Part shown: positions 1-12,109 of the stretch, piece by piece
Layout of the letters: every line of letters begins with the position of its first letter
Position numbering within the stretch: the stretch's first letter is position 1
Program-made: the position numbers and the translations under genes
Assembly (NCBI RefSeq): GCF_963921235.1
Contig: NC_086107.1
Coordinates: 103,108,001-103,168,000 of the forward strand
Reading direction: 5' to 3'
Origin: Mobula hypostoma
Taxonomy: Eukaryota
DNA: 60,000 bases
The notes under the pieces: model-generated
The model's input: only the letters and a program-made list of their open reading frames with translations
What the model was told of the DNA's origin: nothing
Databases searched by the model: none

Positions 1-300
1 TAAGGCATGCTCCCCAATCCAGGCAACATCCTTGTAAATTTCCTCTGCACCCTTTGTGTAGTTTCCACATCCTTCCTGTAGTGAGGCGACCAAAACTGAG
101 CACAGTACTCCAAGTGGGGTCTGACCAGGGTCCTATATAGCTGCAACATTACCTCTTGGCTCCTAAACTCAATCCCATGATTGATGCACTGTATGCCTTC
201 TTAAACCACAGAGTCAAGCTGCAGAACAGCTTTGAGTGTCCTAGGGACTCGGACTCTAAGATCTCTCTGACCCTCCACACTGCTAAGAGTCTTACCGTTA
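1..300 (-). mobile_element. CR1-type LINE fragment (ORF2 3' region)
   Basis: The reverse complement resembles the plus-strand CR1 copy at 52.7-53.3 kb (e.g. GGGTGCAGAGGAAATTTACAAGGATGTTGCCTGGATTGGGGAGCATGCCTTA). Confidence 0.75.
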
Positions 301-429
301 AAGCACAGTAGTACACATAATACACAATAATTTATGAAGGTAAGGATAACATCTACAAATGAATCACACTAAAGTGCATTAATATTAAATATGGTAAGAT
401 ACAGAACAGATTAACCAGTGGCACTTCAA

Positions 430-949
430 ATATGATGTGTCCAGGGGTTCAGAAGCCTAATGGCCTGGGGGAAGAAACTTTCTCATTCTAACCGTCAATG
501 TAGCGCTCCGGATAAATGCCTCTATGGATGGATGGTGGGGAGACCCTTATGATCCTCTTAGCTGTTCTCACAGTCCTTTGTAGGGGCTTCTGGTCCAATG
601 CTCAACTGCTCCCATACCAGATAGAGATGCAACTTGTCAGGATGCTCTCAATGGTGCTCCTGAAGATTTTGATTTTGGGGTGGGGGGGGGGCCTTACTTG
701 CTTCAATCTTCTTAAGAATTGGAGGCACTGCTGTGCCTTCTTCAGGGAGGAGATGCTAAGGAACCAGTTGAAGTCATCCATGATGTGAACTCCCAGGAAC
801 TTGGTGCACTTAACTCTGTGTATGGGGGAGCCATGTAATCGCAGAGGGGGATAGTTCATCTGCACCTTCCTTAAGTCCGCAATGATTTCCTTTGTCTTCT
901 CCACGTTCGGGCTTAGGTTGTTCTTTTCACACCAGTCCACCAGTGGCAA
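430..949 (-). mobile_element. Rex1/Babar-type LINE reverse transcriptase C-terminal fragment
   Basis: ORF 602..949 reads WCEKNNLSPNVEKTKEII..KFLGVHI..KKAQQCLQFLRRLK..IESILTSCISIWYG, typical of the Rex/Babar RT tail. Degenerate. Confidence 0.7.
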
Positions 950-2031
950 AACTGAACTGAATTCGTATTCAAATGTTCCCTCTGCTGTGTGTACAGCCTG
1001 AGCAGTTTCTTCACTTGCTAGTTCCTAGTTGGTGAGAAATGTTTTTGGATTTCAAGGATACATGTCCTGTTGATTTACAGACCAGATGAAGGGTCTTGAC
1101 CCAAAACATCAACTGTCCATTTCCTTCCATGTTACCTCAAAGTTCAAAGTAAATTTATTATCAAGATATGTATATGTTGCTATATACATACAGTACTGTG
1201 CAGAAGTCTTAGGCAAGGTAAATGTGATTCCAAACAATTGATCATTACAGAAAGTCTCTCCAGTGCTGCCTCTCCTCTTCCCCCTGCCCCACCTTCCCCA
1301 TCCGAGATTCCACTCTCAGTCCACAACAGAGACCCATATCAGAATCAGGTTTATCATCACTCGCATATGTCATGATTTTTTTTTTTGCTGCAATAGCAGC
1401 AGTATAGTGCAATAGATAAAATTACTACTGTACAGTCCAAAAGTCTGAGGCACTCCAGATATATACATATACACACCACACACACACACACACACACACT
1501 TTTTGACCAGTACTGTACCTTGAGATTAATTTCCTTGCATTCACAGTAAAGCAAAGAAATACAATAAAATCAATGAAAAACGACACACAGAGACTGACAA
1601 ACATACTGAGAATGTCAGTTCCTCTAGCATCGCGTGTGCTGCTCCGGATTCTAGCATCTGCAGTCTCTTGTGTCTCCATGGATACACGCTGTCTGATTTG
1701 GGTTTTGTTGGTACGTAGCTTTTACCTAACAAGGTCTAACTACTGGTGGTTGTGATACCTGAGCAATGATCCCCCTTTCTCACTGTCACTGGCAAACAAG
1801 CTGTCCTCCCAGTTAAGTTCAGAAATAATAAGTGTTACAGGCTACCAGATATCCTGCTGTCTGTCAAAGGAAATCCTGGTCCAGAAGAGGGATTGTACAG
1901 TACCCATTTTTCACTTAATCCATGCATATTAATATTAGACTTAAAAGTCCACCTCTTTGTTTTCACTTGGGAATCATTTCAGCATATATTTCTTATAAAT
2001 TGAGAAACATAGCCTGAAGGTACAAGATCTG

Positions 2032-2113
2032 CAGAGGTTCCCCACTTGGGATCCATGGATCCCTCGATTAATAGTAGGGGTCCATGGCATAAAAAAAAGG
2101 TTGGTAACCCCTG
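2032..2113. mobile_element. ~80-bp hAT-type MITE (related copies 22767-22846, ~46341-46400, ~55050-55130)
   Basis: Termini CAGAGGTTCCCC..GGTAACCCCTG. The 22767-22846 copy has a near-perfect 8-bp TSD (TCCTTAAA/TCCTAAAA). Confidence 0.6.
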
Positions 2114-2756
2114 ATCTAGAGGTTGGATTTAAACCCTGGGAAAGGGTATCATTAATTATACCTCTGAAATGGACCACATGGCTTAAATGGTCAATCCCTA
2201 TCATGAAATCTTCCATACCTAATAATCAGCATAAAATGGAGGTTTCAGCATGGTCCACTCTCTGGTCCTCCTTCTGTCCTTTACCTTTACCACCTGTCAC
2301 CTCCCAGCTTCTCGCTTCATTTCCACCCACCCACCCACCTTCCCCCTCACCTGGCTTCACCTATTACCTGTCAGCTTTTACTCCTTCCCCACACCCCCCC
2401 ACCACCTTATCCAGGCTTCTTCCCCCTTCCTTTCCAGTCCTGATGAAGGGTCCCAGCCCAACTATTTATTCCCCTCCATAAATGCTCCCTGACCTGCCGA
2501 GCTCCCCCAGCACTTAGTGAGTGTGTTACTCTGGCTTTCCAGCATCTGCAGAATCTCTTGTCGTGATATTGTTGTGTTTCATGAGGATATAGGATATAGG
2601 AGGGAGGGGAAAATGAGTGAAGCACGATGATCTTAGGGTACCAATATGTACATTAGCTCCAGTACATGGATCAGATGTTTGATTCTTTTCCTCTGAATTT
2701 ATTTTCAGTCGTTGGTTCTCATTTCCTTTTTATTCCTTCTCCCTGTGTTCTTTCAG

Positions 2757-2891
2757 CCTCTCACTTGCATCCTTAAGCATAAGGATGGCAGCCAGGATAC
2801 GATTCTACTCAACCACAGCTTCAACGAGGGACAGATTGAATGGTTCCAAGCCGGCAGTGCCCTCAACAGAATGAAGCAACTACAAAAATAA
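2757..2891 (+). CDS. ACO2: Terminal coding exon of mitochondrial aconitate hydratase (ACO2 or an ACO2-like paralog); upstream exons are outside the window
   Basis: A long polypyrimidine tract and TTTCAG acceptor (AG 2755-2756) precede [44 protein letters not shown] (TAA 2889-2891). This matches the vertebrate ACO2 C-terminus as I recall it ([44 protein letters not shown]). Confidence 0.92.
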   Translation, partial: PLTCILKHKDGSQDTILLNHSFNEGQIEWFQAGSALNRMKQLQK

Positions 2892-3346
2892 GGCGACCGG
2901 CTGCAGTGAGGGAAACGGACTGTGTCCAGCACAATTGTACAAACGGAGTCATCCCGCTGCCTCGCCCACTCACTGCTCGTCCTTCAATAACCGTCACTGT
3001 GACGCCCAGTAGTGTGCACGCTCCCTTCCGACAATCAACATTTGTCCTGCGCTTGCCATTTGATTTTTTAAAAAAAATAATTTGTTCACTGTCTCCTACC
3101 TCGGCATGGTGAATGGAGCCCAATCTCCGTCAGCCTGTTGGTAATAATTTATTTTTTATTTCTGTAAGTTTTGTTTTGTCACCCCTCCACCCCACCCCCA
3201 ACTCGCCAGTGGAACCAAACCAACCGGATTTGGTTTATTTCGATCTGTGACGTTTCTGTGATGATTCATTTCGATCTGATCTGTCAAGGTGCCGCAAATC
3301 AAGTAAAATGTGGTTTTTTGAGGAAAAAAGGCAAGAACAATGCCCC

Positions 3347-3352
3347 AATAAA
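3347..3352 (+). terminator. Probable polyadenylation signal of the ACO2-like gene
   Basis: AATAAA about 455 nt after the stop codon, at the end of a non-repetitive UTR-like stretch. Confidence 0.6.
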
Positions 3353-4129
3353 ATCCAAAAGCTGAAACCTTTACTTGCAAGAGCTTGGTGAATGTCTGCC
3401 AGTGCCTGGACCCTGTAACTATGTCTGGTGAATGATTGCCAGTACCTGAGGACCATCAGTTCCAGGAGCATGAGGCCTGATTAAGGATTGGGAATAGCTA
3501 CTGAAGTTGCTTTATAACACTTAGTAGTCTGTGAGAGTTGGTAAATATTTACCTACCCTAGCAGTCCAGGAGCCTAACACTGGCAAACAGTTATTTGTCT
3601 CTATGTCACAAGTTCTCGTTCATTACCAGTTTTAGATACCAGGTGCCAGTTCTACTCGAGGCATTTGTGATGGCCTTAGCCTATTTGGTAACAAAACTCC
3701 CGCAGTACTGATGGAAAGGCACTTGTATTTTTGCTCAGCGAGGAAGGAATAGGAATGCACCAACAGCTTGGCTCAAGGAGAGTTGCCCATGGATTCTTGT
3801 GATCAATATCTGCCCAGCAACACTTGGCATTGACCTTGCTAGCCAGTCGTGTTCTTCATTTGCTAGATGTGCCAATGTTACGTTTGTACCAAGGGCAGCA
3901 ACAGTCCATCACTGACCTGCCGAGTTATTGGCGGTCTATGGGGAGAGCCCTTCTAACCCACCCAGCTAGCTGTGGTAATAACCTTGCTAGCCAGTTGTGT
4001 GCTCCGGTTGCTTGATGTTGGCTGGTTTGGCTTCGTCTTTGAAACTGAAGGAGAGGTTGTCAGGACCTGCTTTGAAGATGAGTATAATTTATTGCTTTGT
4101 TAGGATAGTTTAGCTGTAAACATACTTCA

Positions 4130-4560
4130 GTGGCTGGTTGGTAAGTTGATGGAGTAGATCCTGAGAGTCAGGATTTATGGACATTTGGAGGGGCAAAATA
4201 TGATAAGGAATAGTCAGCATGGCTTTGTGAAAGGCAGGTCATGCCTTACGAACCTGATTGAATTTTTTGAGGATGTGACTAAACACATTGATGAAGGAAG
4301 AGCAGTAGATGTACTGTATATGGATTTCATCAAGGCATTTGACAAGGTACTCCATGCAAGGTTATTGAGAAAGTAAAGAGGCATGGGATCCAAGGGGACA
4401 TTACTTTGTGGATCCAGAACTGGCTTGCCCACAGAAGGCAAAGAGTGGTTGTAGACGGGTCATATTCTGCATGGAGGTCAATCACCAGTGGTGTGCCTCA
4501 GGGATCTGTTCTGGGACCCCTACTCTTTGTGATTTTTATAAATGACCTGGATGAAGAAGT
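4130..4560 (+). mobile_element. CR1 LINE RT fragment
   Basis: [39 protein letters not shown], then [21 protein letters not shown] in another frame. Confidence 0.85.
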
Positions 4561-6959
4561 ATCCATTGCATTGAGTTGATGGGCTGAATGGCCTGGTGAG
4601 AATTATATGAAAAGTGGCTGCTGGAATAACATGGTCATGTTTGGCAATGTGCAATCTAGTTGGAAGTTTAAGCAGTTTTGAATTTTAATCTTACACCAGT
4701 CATTTCTTGAAACAACAGCAGTCTTGGCACTTGTACTCTGTGTTCTGCTTTTAAGCCAACTTTTGCTATTGGCCCTCAAAGGTTATGGTGAGAAGGCGGG
4801 GCAGTGGGACTAAATAGGATAAAATGGCGGAGCAGACTCGATGGGCCGAATGGCCTACTTCTGCTCCTTTGTCTCATGGTCTTAAATTCAATGAGCCACC
4901 GTTCTGCTTGGCAACCTTTTGTGCAGTTCTTTGTATGGATTTTGGGAATATGCTTGATCAGCTCCCAACTGCTGCATCCCCTTCACCAGCCTTCCGTGTG
5001 CCCTCATCAAAATCATAACTCTCTTTGCCCTAGCTCTATCCCTGACTTCTGAATCCAAAATATCCTTGCTTAATGAAATGCCATGCAATGTTGAGTCTTC
5101 AGTTGACCACTGCCTTGCTCACTTTTATGGACAGAGTTCCAGGTTTGCTACCCATTAAAATGAAGCAATTCCTGCCAACAACTCTAAACAGTTTATATTG
5201 ACTGGGTTGGGGTTGGCAACTCCAGGACTTTGCTGTTCCTCAGCCACAGAATGTTTATACATCTCATGTCCCTGTCTCCTCTCATAACTTTCTACTGGTC
5301 ACTAGTATGTCAGTGAAACAAACTAGCTTAATCTCTGCAATCTGCAGAAAAGGTAGGTCCTATAAAAACATGTACAAATGTCATGAAAACGCTTGTTAAC
5401 CAGCCATTCTGCAGTTGGCTAACTTACACTGAGGATTACATAAAAAACCAGGAACAGGAGTAGGCCACTCGGCCCTTTCAGTCCATCCTGCCATTCATAT
5501 AATCATTATTGTGCCCAGACCTCATCTCTAATGGAGTCATTAGTAAGCTTTCATTGTGGATTCTCCAAACCAGTATGAAGATCTCATTATCTTTAATTAT
5601 GCAGTCTAGGAAAGAACCTAGACTGGTGTAGATCTAGCTTCTCACTGCGTTAGGGTCAGAGGAATATCAAGCCAGTGTTCTATGTCTGATAATTACTCCT
5701 CAAATTACAGTATTTCTTAGGGTCACCAACTCCATTTGGAGATTTCATCAGGTTTTTATAGGACCTTTGTACCTCTTAGTCAAACACTTTTCCACTTCAC
5801 CCAGCATTAATTGACAGACGTTCAAGATAAAGCAGCTACTTTTTTTCTCCCGGATGTTGATAGATCTGACCAGAGTGTTCATTTTTAGTTCCTTAAATCT
5901 CTGAGGCTCTGATGCTAACCAACATCAGGGATGGACAGAAGGGCCAGTTACTTGGTTCTTCCAACATACAACAGTGCTTTCAATAATACTAACACCCAAG
6001 ACCAGAACACAGACAATATCTTTGAATACCTCTAATAACCCTGCCTCCACAACCCTATCGGGTATCGACTGGCCACCATTGCATGTTGGATTTAAATCAC
6101 CGACCAATGTGTCCTCTTGTTTAAGTTTCTCTCACTCTTGGAAGCATCTTGACATACGTTCAATCCTACTCTCTCAGGATCACCTACATTTCAAAACAAA
6201 AATTACCCTTTTCTTCTACAGTGTTAATTAGAATATAGTGTTAATTCTTTTAGTTGCTTGTGATAGGACAACCTTCTCACTCCTCATGAATCTGTTTTGG
6301 ACGGCCTCCAATATTAGTAAATCCTTTCCTAAATAAGGTGATGAAAACTCTGCACTGTTCTCTGGTTGTGGCCTCACCAATACCCTGTACAATTGTAACA
6401 TACTTCCCTATTACTAACACTACCATCTTGCATGAAGAGGGATTTATTACGTTGCAGTGTTTGTGTTTATTTTTGGTATAGAGCATTTATTACTTTCAAT
6501 AGCTCTGAGGTGGTATGTATATAAAACATTGTGGATCACTAAAACTTCATTGTTCTTGCTCTTCCTTATTGCCTGTTAAATAACGCTTGTGTTACTATTG
6601 TGTGTAGCAAGCCAAACTGTGATCAAAGAGTCAACGCTCTTGCCTTGTTCAGTAGTATCCCTGTTAACTGACTGGGAAGGTCTGGCCCAAGTCTAGAGCA
6701 GATAAACCAGGCTACTGTGGAGCAACAACTTCCAAGAAATAACTCGGGCTGTTCCCTGGCCAGGGATACAGAAGTTCCTGTGTCAATAGTCTGAATACAA
6801 ATTATTTCTCTGGTATTCTGACTTGCATCCTTCCTATCATCTCAAACACTATCACTTGTTTCTACTTTTTTTAAAGCAAAACCTTTCAAGTAACTCATAA
6901 CAATCTTGTCAGTGATGTCTCATCAACATGCTGCATTATAAAGTAATACAGCACAGAAT

Positions 6960-7370
6960 CAGGCACCAAGATGCCCGTTTGCCCATATCTCTAAATCTTT
7001 CTTATCTAGGTACCCGTCCAAGTGTGCCCTCTAGTTTTTGATTCCCTTTCACTAGGAAAAAGACTGTGTGCATTAAACCTACCTATGCCCCTCATGGTTT
7101 TATATTCCTCTATAAGATCATCTTAGGTTCCAATGCTTAAAGTTGTAAAGTCAGAGTCTGCCCAACCTCTGTAACTTGGGCCGTCAAGTCCTGGCAACAA
7201 TCCTCGTAAATCTTTGCACACTTTGCAGCTCAACTATAACAAGGTACCAAAACTATACCAGATTTGGCCTTGCCAACATCTTGTACAACTGCAACATAAT
7301 GTGCTAGCTCTTGCACTCAGGGCCCTGACTGATTAAGGCCAATGTGCTGAACACTGCCCTCACTACACTA
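6960..7370 (-). mobile_element. Degenerate CR1 LINE 3' fragment, interrupted by a mariner MITE
   Basis: Resembles the reverse complement of the CR1 3' region and appears to resume after 7716. Confidence 0.6.
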
Positions 7371-7372
7371 TA

Positions 7373-7714
7373 CAAGGAGTGATTGATAAGTTCGTGGCCT
7401 AAGGTAGAAAGAGTCAATTTGGAAAACCTAGCACATTTATTTTTCAGCATAGTCCCCTCCTACATTTACACACTTAGTCCAGTGGTCATGGAGCATATGG
7501 ATCCCTTCTTTGTAGAAGTCAGCGTCTCGGACCTCCAGAAAGTGGTCTACAGCAGGGCTGATTGATAAGTTTGTAGCCTAAAGTAAAAGGAAATTAGTTA
7601 TTAACTTCAAACTTTCTGCATAATCACTCAGAGTTGAACTGCACGGGCAGGTAAAGAGAGCTGTATAACTCATCTCCTTCTACCTTAGGCCACAAACTTA
7701 TCAATCGCCTCTCG
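7373..7714. mobile_element. Mariner-type non-autonomous DNA transposon (MITE)
   Basis: TIRs CAAGGAGTGATTGATAAGTTCGTGGCCTAAGGTAGAA / TTCTACCTTAGGCCACAAACTTATCAATCGCCTCTCG, with TA on both sides (7371-72, 7715-16). Confidence 0.8.
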
Positions 7715-9539
7715 TATATCTGTGACACTGCTCATTACTATAAGCTCTGCTCCATGACACAGTCTGAGCAGGTAGGTTGAGTTTGATACTTGGTGGTACG
7801 CGAGGGGGATGGTGGCGAATCAAATATATTCTTGTGTCCAGGGTTGGATCTTTGTAAATAAATGTTAATGTCATTATTACTCTCCCATTTATTGTTGGCT
7901 GGCAGACCAGACCTGGAGCTTGGCCACTGGGAATACCCAGAGTCAGTGCTGGACTGGCTGAGGTTTGAACAAGCCTGTCGCTCTTGTGCTGGCAAGCTGA
8001 CTACATGGTTCAGGTTTGAGTTGAGTCATCTGTCAAAATACTGAGAACCCACTGAGCTCAAGAACTTTTTATACCCTAATGCTGTGCTGGGTAGGAAACC
8101 CATTCCCTACGGTACAAAAGGCTGCAAGCTGACCAGAAATCATAGTCATACAACATGGAAGCAGACCCTTCAGCCCATCAAGTCCATGATGTCCACCAGT
8201 GCCACACTCATTCCATTCTATTCTTCCCACATTTCCATCAGCTCTGACCCAGATTCTCCTATTTACCTTCATGCTGGGGGAATTCACAGCAGCGAATTAA
8301 CCAATCATCCCTCAGCATTGAAGGTTAAGTTTGAACCCATCTGGTGCTGAGGCAGTAGCTCCGTTAGCTGTGTCACTGAGTCATCCCAGGGTATAGAATT
8401 GTCAAAATATTTATCATTCAAAGCTTTTACAGATTAGGTCTTCCCTTTGCAGTTTCAAATACTATTAAGGAGACATAAATAATATGGTTTAATATTAGTA
8501 AGTTATTTCGGTGAGGTTTCAGTTCCCTCCCATTGATTCCTTTGCCCATGTTGAGGACAATTCAGAACTTCTCCAGAACTTTGTCTGTGCTCTGGTCTGG
8601 AATGTTAATATTATTGCAAGCAGATGCTGGAAGAACTAAGTGAATGTCCCTACTGTCCATCCCTGATATTGGTTAACAACCTCAGAGATTTGAAGAACTA
8701 AAACTGAACCTCCTGGCCAGGTCCATAGGCGAGGTCTGGGAGAGAAAGTAAATCTTGAACATCTGTCAATAAATTAAATAAAATGGAATTGGAAATGTTG
8801 GTGGATGGGAGAGTGTGAAACTAAGAGGTAGAAAGGTCTCCTGATGAAATCTCCCACAGGAGTTTGTGAACCTAAGGAATGATTACCTGACCCTACGGCA
8901 GTGAGAGGCTAGATCTACAGCAGTCTAGGTTCTTCCCTGTACAGTTAAAGATAATGGGATCATCATACTGGTTTGGAGAATCCACAGTGAAAGCTCTAAT
9001 GGCTCCATCAGAGATGAAGTCAGGGCAGATTAGTCATGAATATATTGACTAGCAGGATGAACTTAAAAGGCTGAGTGGCCTGCTCCTGCTCCAAGTTTCT
9101 TATGTAATCCTCAGTTTAAGACAGTCAGTTGCAGAATGGCTGGTATTACAGATATCTTACCTGTCAATCTAAATCCACAAAATCCAGACATGTTCTAGTG
9201 CAGTGTGGCAGATGTTGTCTTCTCGATGCGTGGTAATGATTCCGAGACACCAGAGCTGAGTTGTTGTTCTTGGTGCCCCACTCACTACTACTCTCCAAAT
9301 TCACTGAAATCTGTCGTCAGACTTTCCTAAGCTTGCTGAGCAGTGTGCTTCTCAATGTTCCAATTAAGAGTAATTAAACCCGATCCACCTCCCCACCATC
9401 TCCTGAAAATTACATCCTTTCAGTTATTTACCCAGCTCCCTTTTGAATGCTACACACAAACCTGCCTCCATAGCACATTCCAGATCTTATGCATTTGCCA
9501 TTTCAAAACTGTTTCCCCTCCCATTACTCTTGGCTATTT

Positions 9540-10440
9540 TGTCAGAGTCATACAGCAGGGATTCAGGCCCTTTGGCCCAATAAAATGCCAACTACATGAC
9601 CACCTAGCTAATGGTAATTTCCTTCATTTGGCCAATATCCCTCCAAGCCCTGCCTCTCTATGCAAATACTTCTTAAATGTACCTGCCTCAACCACTTCCT
9701 CTGGGAGCTCATTCCACGTACCCACCACCCTCTGAGTGAAAAAATAAATCCCTTCAGGTCCCTTTTAAATGACTACCTTCTCACCCTATATCTGTGCCCA
9801 TAGTTTGTACCCTGCCACTGGGGAAAAGATTGTTACCACCTACATTATCCATGCTCTCACAATTTTAAACATTTCCCTAAAGTTGCACCTCATGCTCCTA
9901 CGTTCCAATCTCTCCCTACAACTCAGGCCCTCTCTCCTGTCAACATCTTGGTAAATCCTTTTTATACTCTTTCCAGTTTAACCACATCCTTCTCATAACA
10001 GGGTGACTAAAACAGTAGCTAGTACACCAAATGCAGTCAATGATTTATACAACTGCAACCTAATGTCCCAAATCCTATACTTAATGCCTGGCATAATGAA
10101 GACCAGTGTGCTAAACACCTTTTTCATCACCCTGTCCATCTGTGATGCCGCTTTTAAAGAACTACGTGTTTGTACTCTTCCCATCCCTCTGTTTCATTAC
10201 ACTCCCACCCTTAGTGCCCTACCATCCACAGTACAGGCCCCGTTGTTGGTTTGATCACCTCACACTTATCTGTATTGAAATTCATTTGCCACTTCTCAGC
10301 TCACTTCATTAACTGATCAAGAATTCCCTGTAGTCTATGATAACCTTCTTTGCTATCAACACCACCACCTAATTCCGTGACATCTGCAAACTTACTGATC
10401 AAACCTTGTGCATTCACATCCAGATCATTTTCAAAAAACT
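9540..10440 (-). mobile_element. Degenerate CR1 LINE 3' portion
   Basis: ORF 9993..10184 (SLKAASQMDRVMKKVFSTLVFI..GIKYRIWDIRLQLYKSL) is a decayed CR1 ORF2 C-terminus. Confidence 0.7.
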
Positions 10441-10533
10441 GAATAACAATATACCATCAATAACAGGTATATTGCTTTGGATACTATCAGGGCGTTACCT
10501 AGTAGAGGAAAGTCACAGCAGACATGGAACCCT

Positions 10534-10744
10534 AACAACAGGAATTCTGCAGATGCTGGAAATTCAAGCAACACACATCAAAGTTGCTGGTGAATGCAGC
10601 AGGCCAGGCAGCATCTCTAGGAAGAGGTGCAGTCGACGTTTCAGGCCGAGACCCTTCGTCAGGATGAAGGGTCTCGGCCTGAAACGTCGACTGCACCTCT
10701 TCCTAGAGATGCTGCCTGGCCTGCTGCGTTCACCAGCAACTTTG
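10534..10744. mobile_element. Palindromic non-autonomous Penelope-terminus element with hammerhead motif
   Basis: 83-bp inverted arms (10578-10660 / 10663-10745), flanked by the direct repeat AGACATGGAACCCT (10520-10533 and 10745-10758). The arm sequence matches the 3' terminus of the Penelope element at 49.7-49.85 kb. Confidence 0.85.
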
Positions 10745-10758
10745 AGACATGGAACCCT

Positions 10759-11735
10759 GTTCTGTGGCTCAGAAGGGAAGGGGAAGAAGAGGCAAACCAT
10801 AGTGATAAGGGATTCAGTGGTGAGGGGAACAGATAGGAGGTTATGTGGACAACAACAAGATTCCCAGATGGTACGTTGCCTCCCAGATGCCAGGGTTGGG
10901 GCCATCGCAGATCAAGTCTACAGCATTCTTAAGTGGGAAAGTCAGCAGCCATAAATCGTGGTCCACGTGAGTACCAATGACACGGGTAAGAAGAGTGACA
11001 AAGTCCTGCAAAAAGAGTTCGGGAGTTAGGTGCCCAGTCAAAGGACAGGAACTCCAGGGACAATTTAAAACAAATCAGAGGTGCAAGGAGACTCTGTAGT
11101 CTTCGTGCGGGACTCCCTGAAGTTTAACCCGCAGGTTGAGTCGGTGGTAAGAAAGGCAAATGTAATGTTAGCATTCATTTCAAGAGGACTAGAATATAAA
11201 AGCAGGGGTGTAATGCTGCGGCTTCATGAGGCATTGGTCAGACCAAGTTTGGAGTATTGTGAGAAATTTTGGGCCCTTTATCTAAGAAAAGACGTGCTGG
11301 CAATGGAGAGTCCAGAGGTTGTTCATGTGAATGATCTGGAATGAAAGATAACATGACAAGTGTTTGATGGCTCTAGGTCTGTATTTGCTGGAGTTCAGAA
11401 GAATGAGAGGAAATCTCATTGAAATATCAAATATTGAAAGGTCTACCTAGAGTGGATGTGGAGAGGAGAGGATGTTTCCTATAGTGGGAGAGTCTATCTA
11501 GACTAGAGCACGGCTTTAGAATAGAGGGGTGTCCATTTAGAAGAGATGAGGAGGAGTTTCTTTAACCAGAGTGGTGAATCTGTGGAATGCGTTGCCACAG
11601 GTGGCTGTAGAGGCCAAGTCATTATGTATATTTAAAGCAGACGTTGATAGGGTTAATAAATCAGCCATGATGATGGAATGGTGAAAGACCCAATGGGCCG
11701 AATGGCCTAATTCTGCTTCTATATCTTATGGTCTC
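10759..11735 (+). mobile_element. CR1 LINE remnants: ORF1 esterase-like fragment joined to ORF2 3' end
   Basis: IVIRDSVVRGTDRRLCG..VRCLPDARV (SGNH-like ORF1), then VVRKANVMLAFISRGLEYKSRGVMLRLHEALVRPSLEYC and a CR1 3' tail (GGGCCGAATGGCCTAATTCTGCT). Confidence 0.75.
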
Positions 11736-12109
11736 ACTACCACATTTGCTTTTATTTCACCAATGTTCTTCCCTTTCTGCCTCGGCCCCTTTAAACCATT
11801 GGGCTTCAGTCTTGATGACAAAACTAAAGAGTGGCACTTTATGAAACACTTTTAAGAATTCTATATATATTACATCGACCGTGTTCCCCTTATTGACCCT
11901 GTTACTGAATTCATCAGACTTGATTTGTCTCATTGATGTTGACCTTCTCTAGTCAATCTAAGTTTGTCAAAGTAACTACTAATTTTGTTTCTGATTTTTT
12001 CTGGAACTTTTCCTGCCACTGTGATAAAAGTGACTGGTTTGTAGTTGGGTTTAATCTTTCATCCTCTCTGAACAAAGATATGCCACATGCTTGGTTGTGC
12101 CGGATGATG

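Larger units (their letters stand above)
5397..9145. repeat. Diverged inverted duplication, arms ~5397-6016 and ~8581-9145
   Basis: Collinear reverse-complement blocks, e.g. GGATTCTCCAAACCAGTATGA / TCATACTGGTTTGGAGAATCC and ATCAGGGATGGACAG / CTGTCCATCCCTGAT. Confidence 0.8.

Noticed and set aside
3097..3135. Minus-strand ACCATGCCGAG|GTAGGA resembling a micro first exon
   Set aside because: It lies in the ACO2-like 3' UTR on the opposite strand with no partner exons; probably chance.
9155..9200. Minus-strand ATG..ACAG|GTAAGA donor-like site
   Set aside because: The 10-codon peptide is unrecognisable and no linked exons were found.
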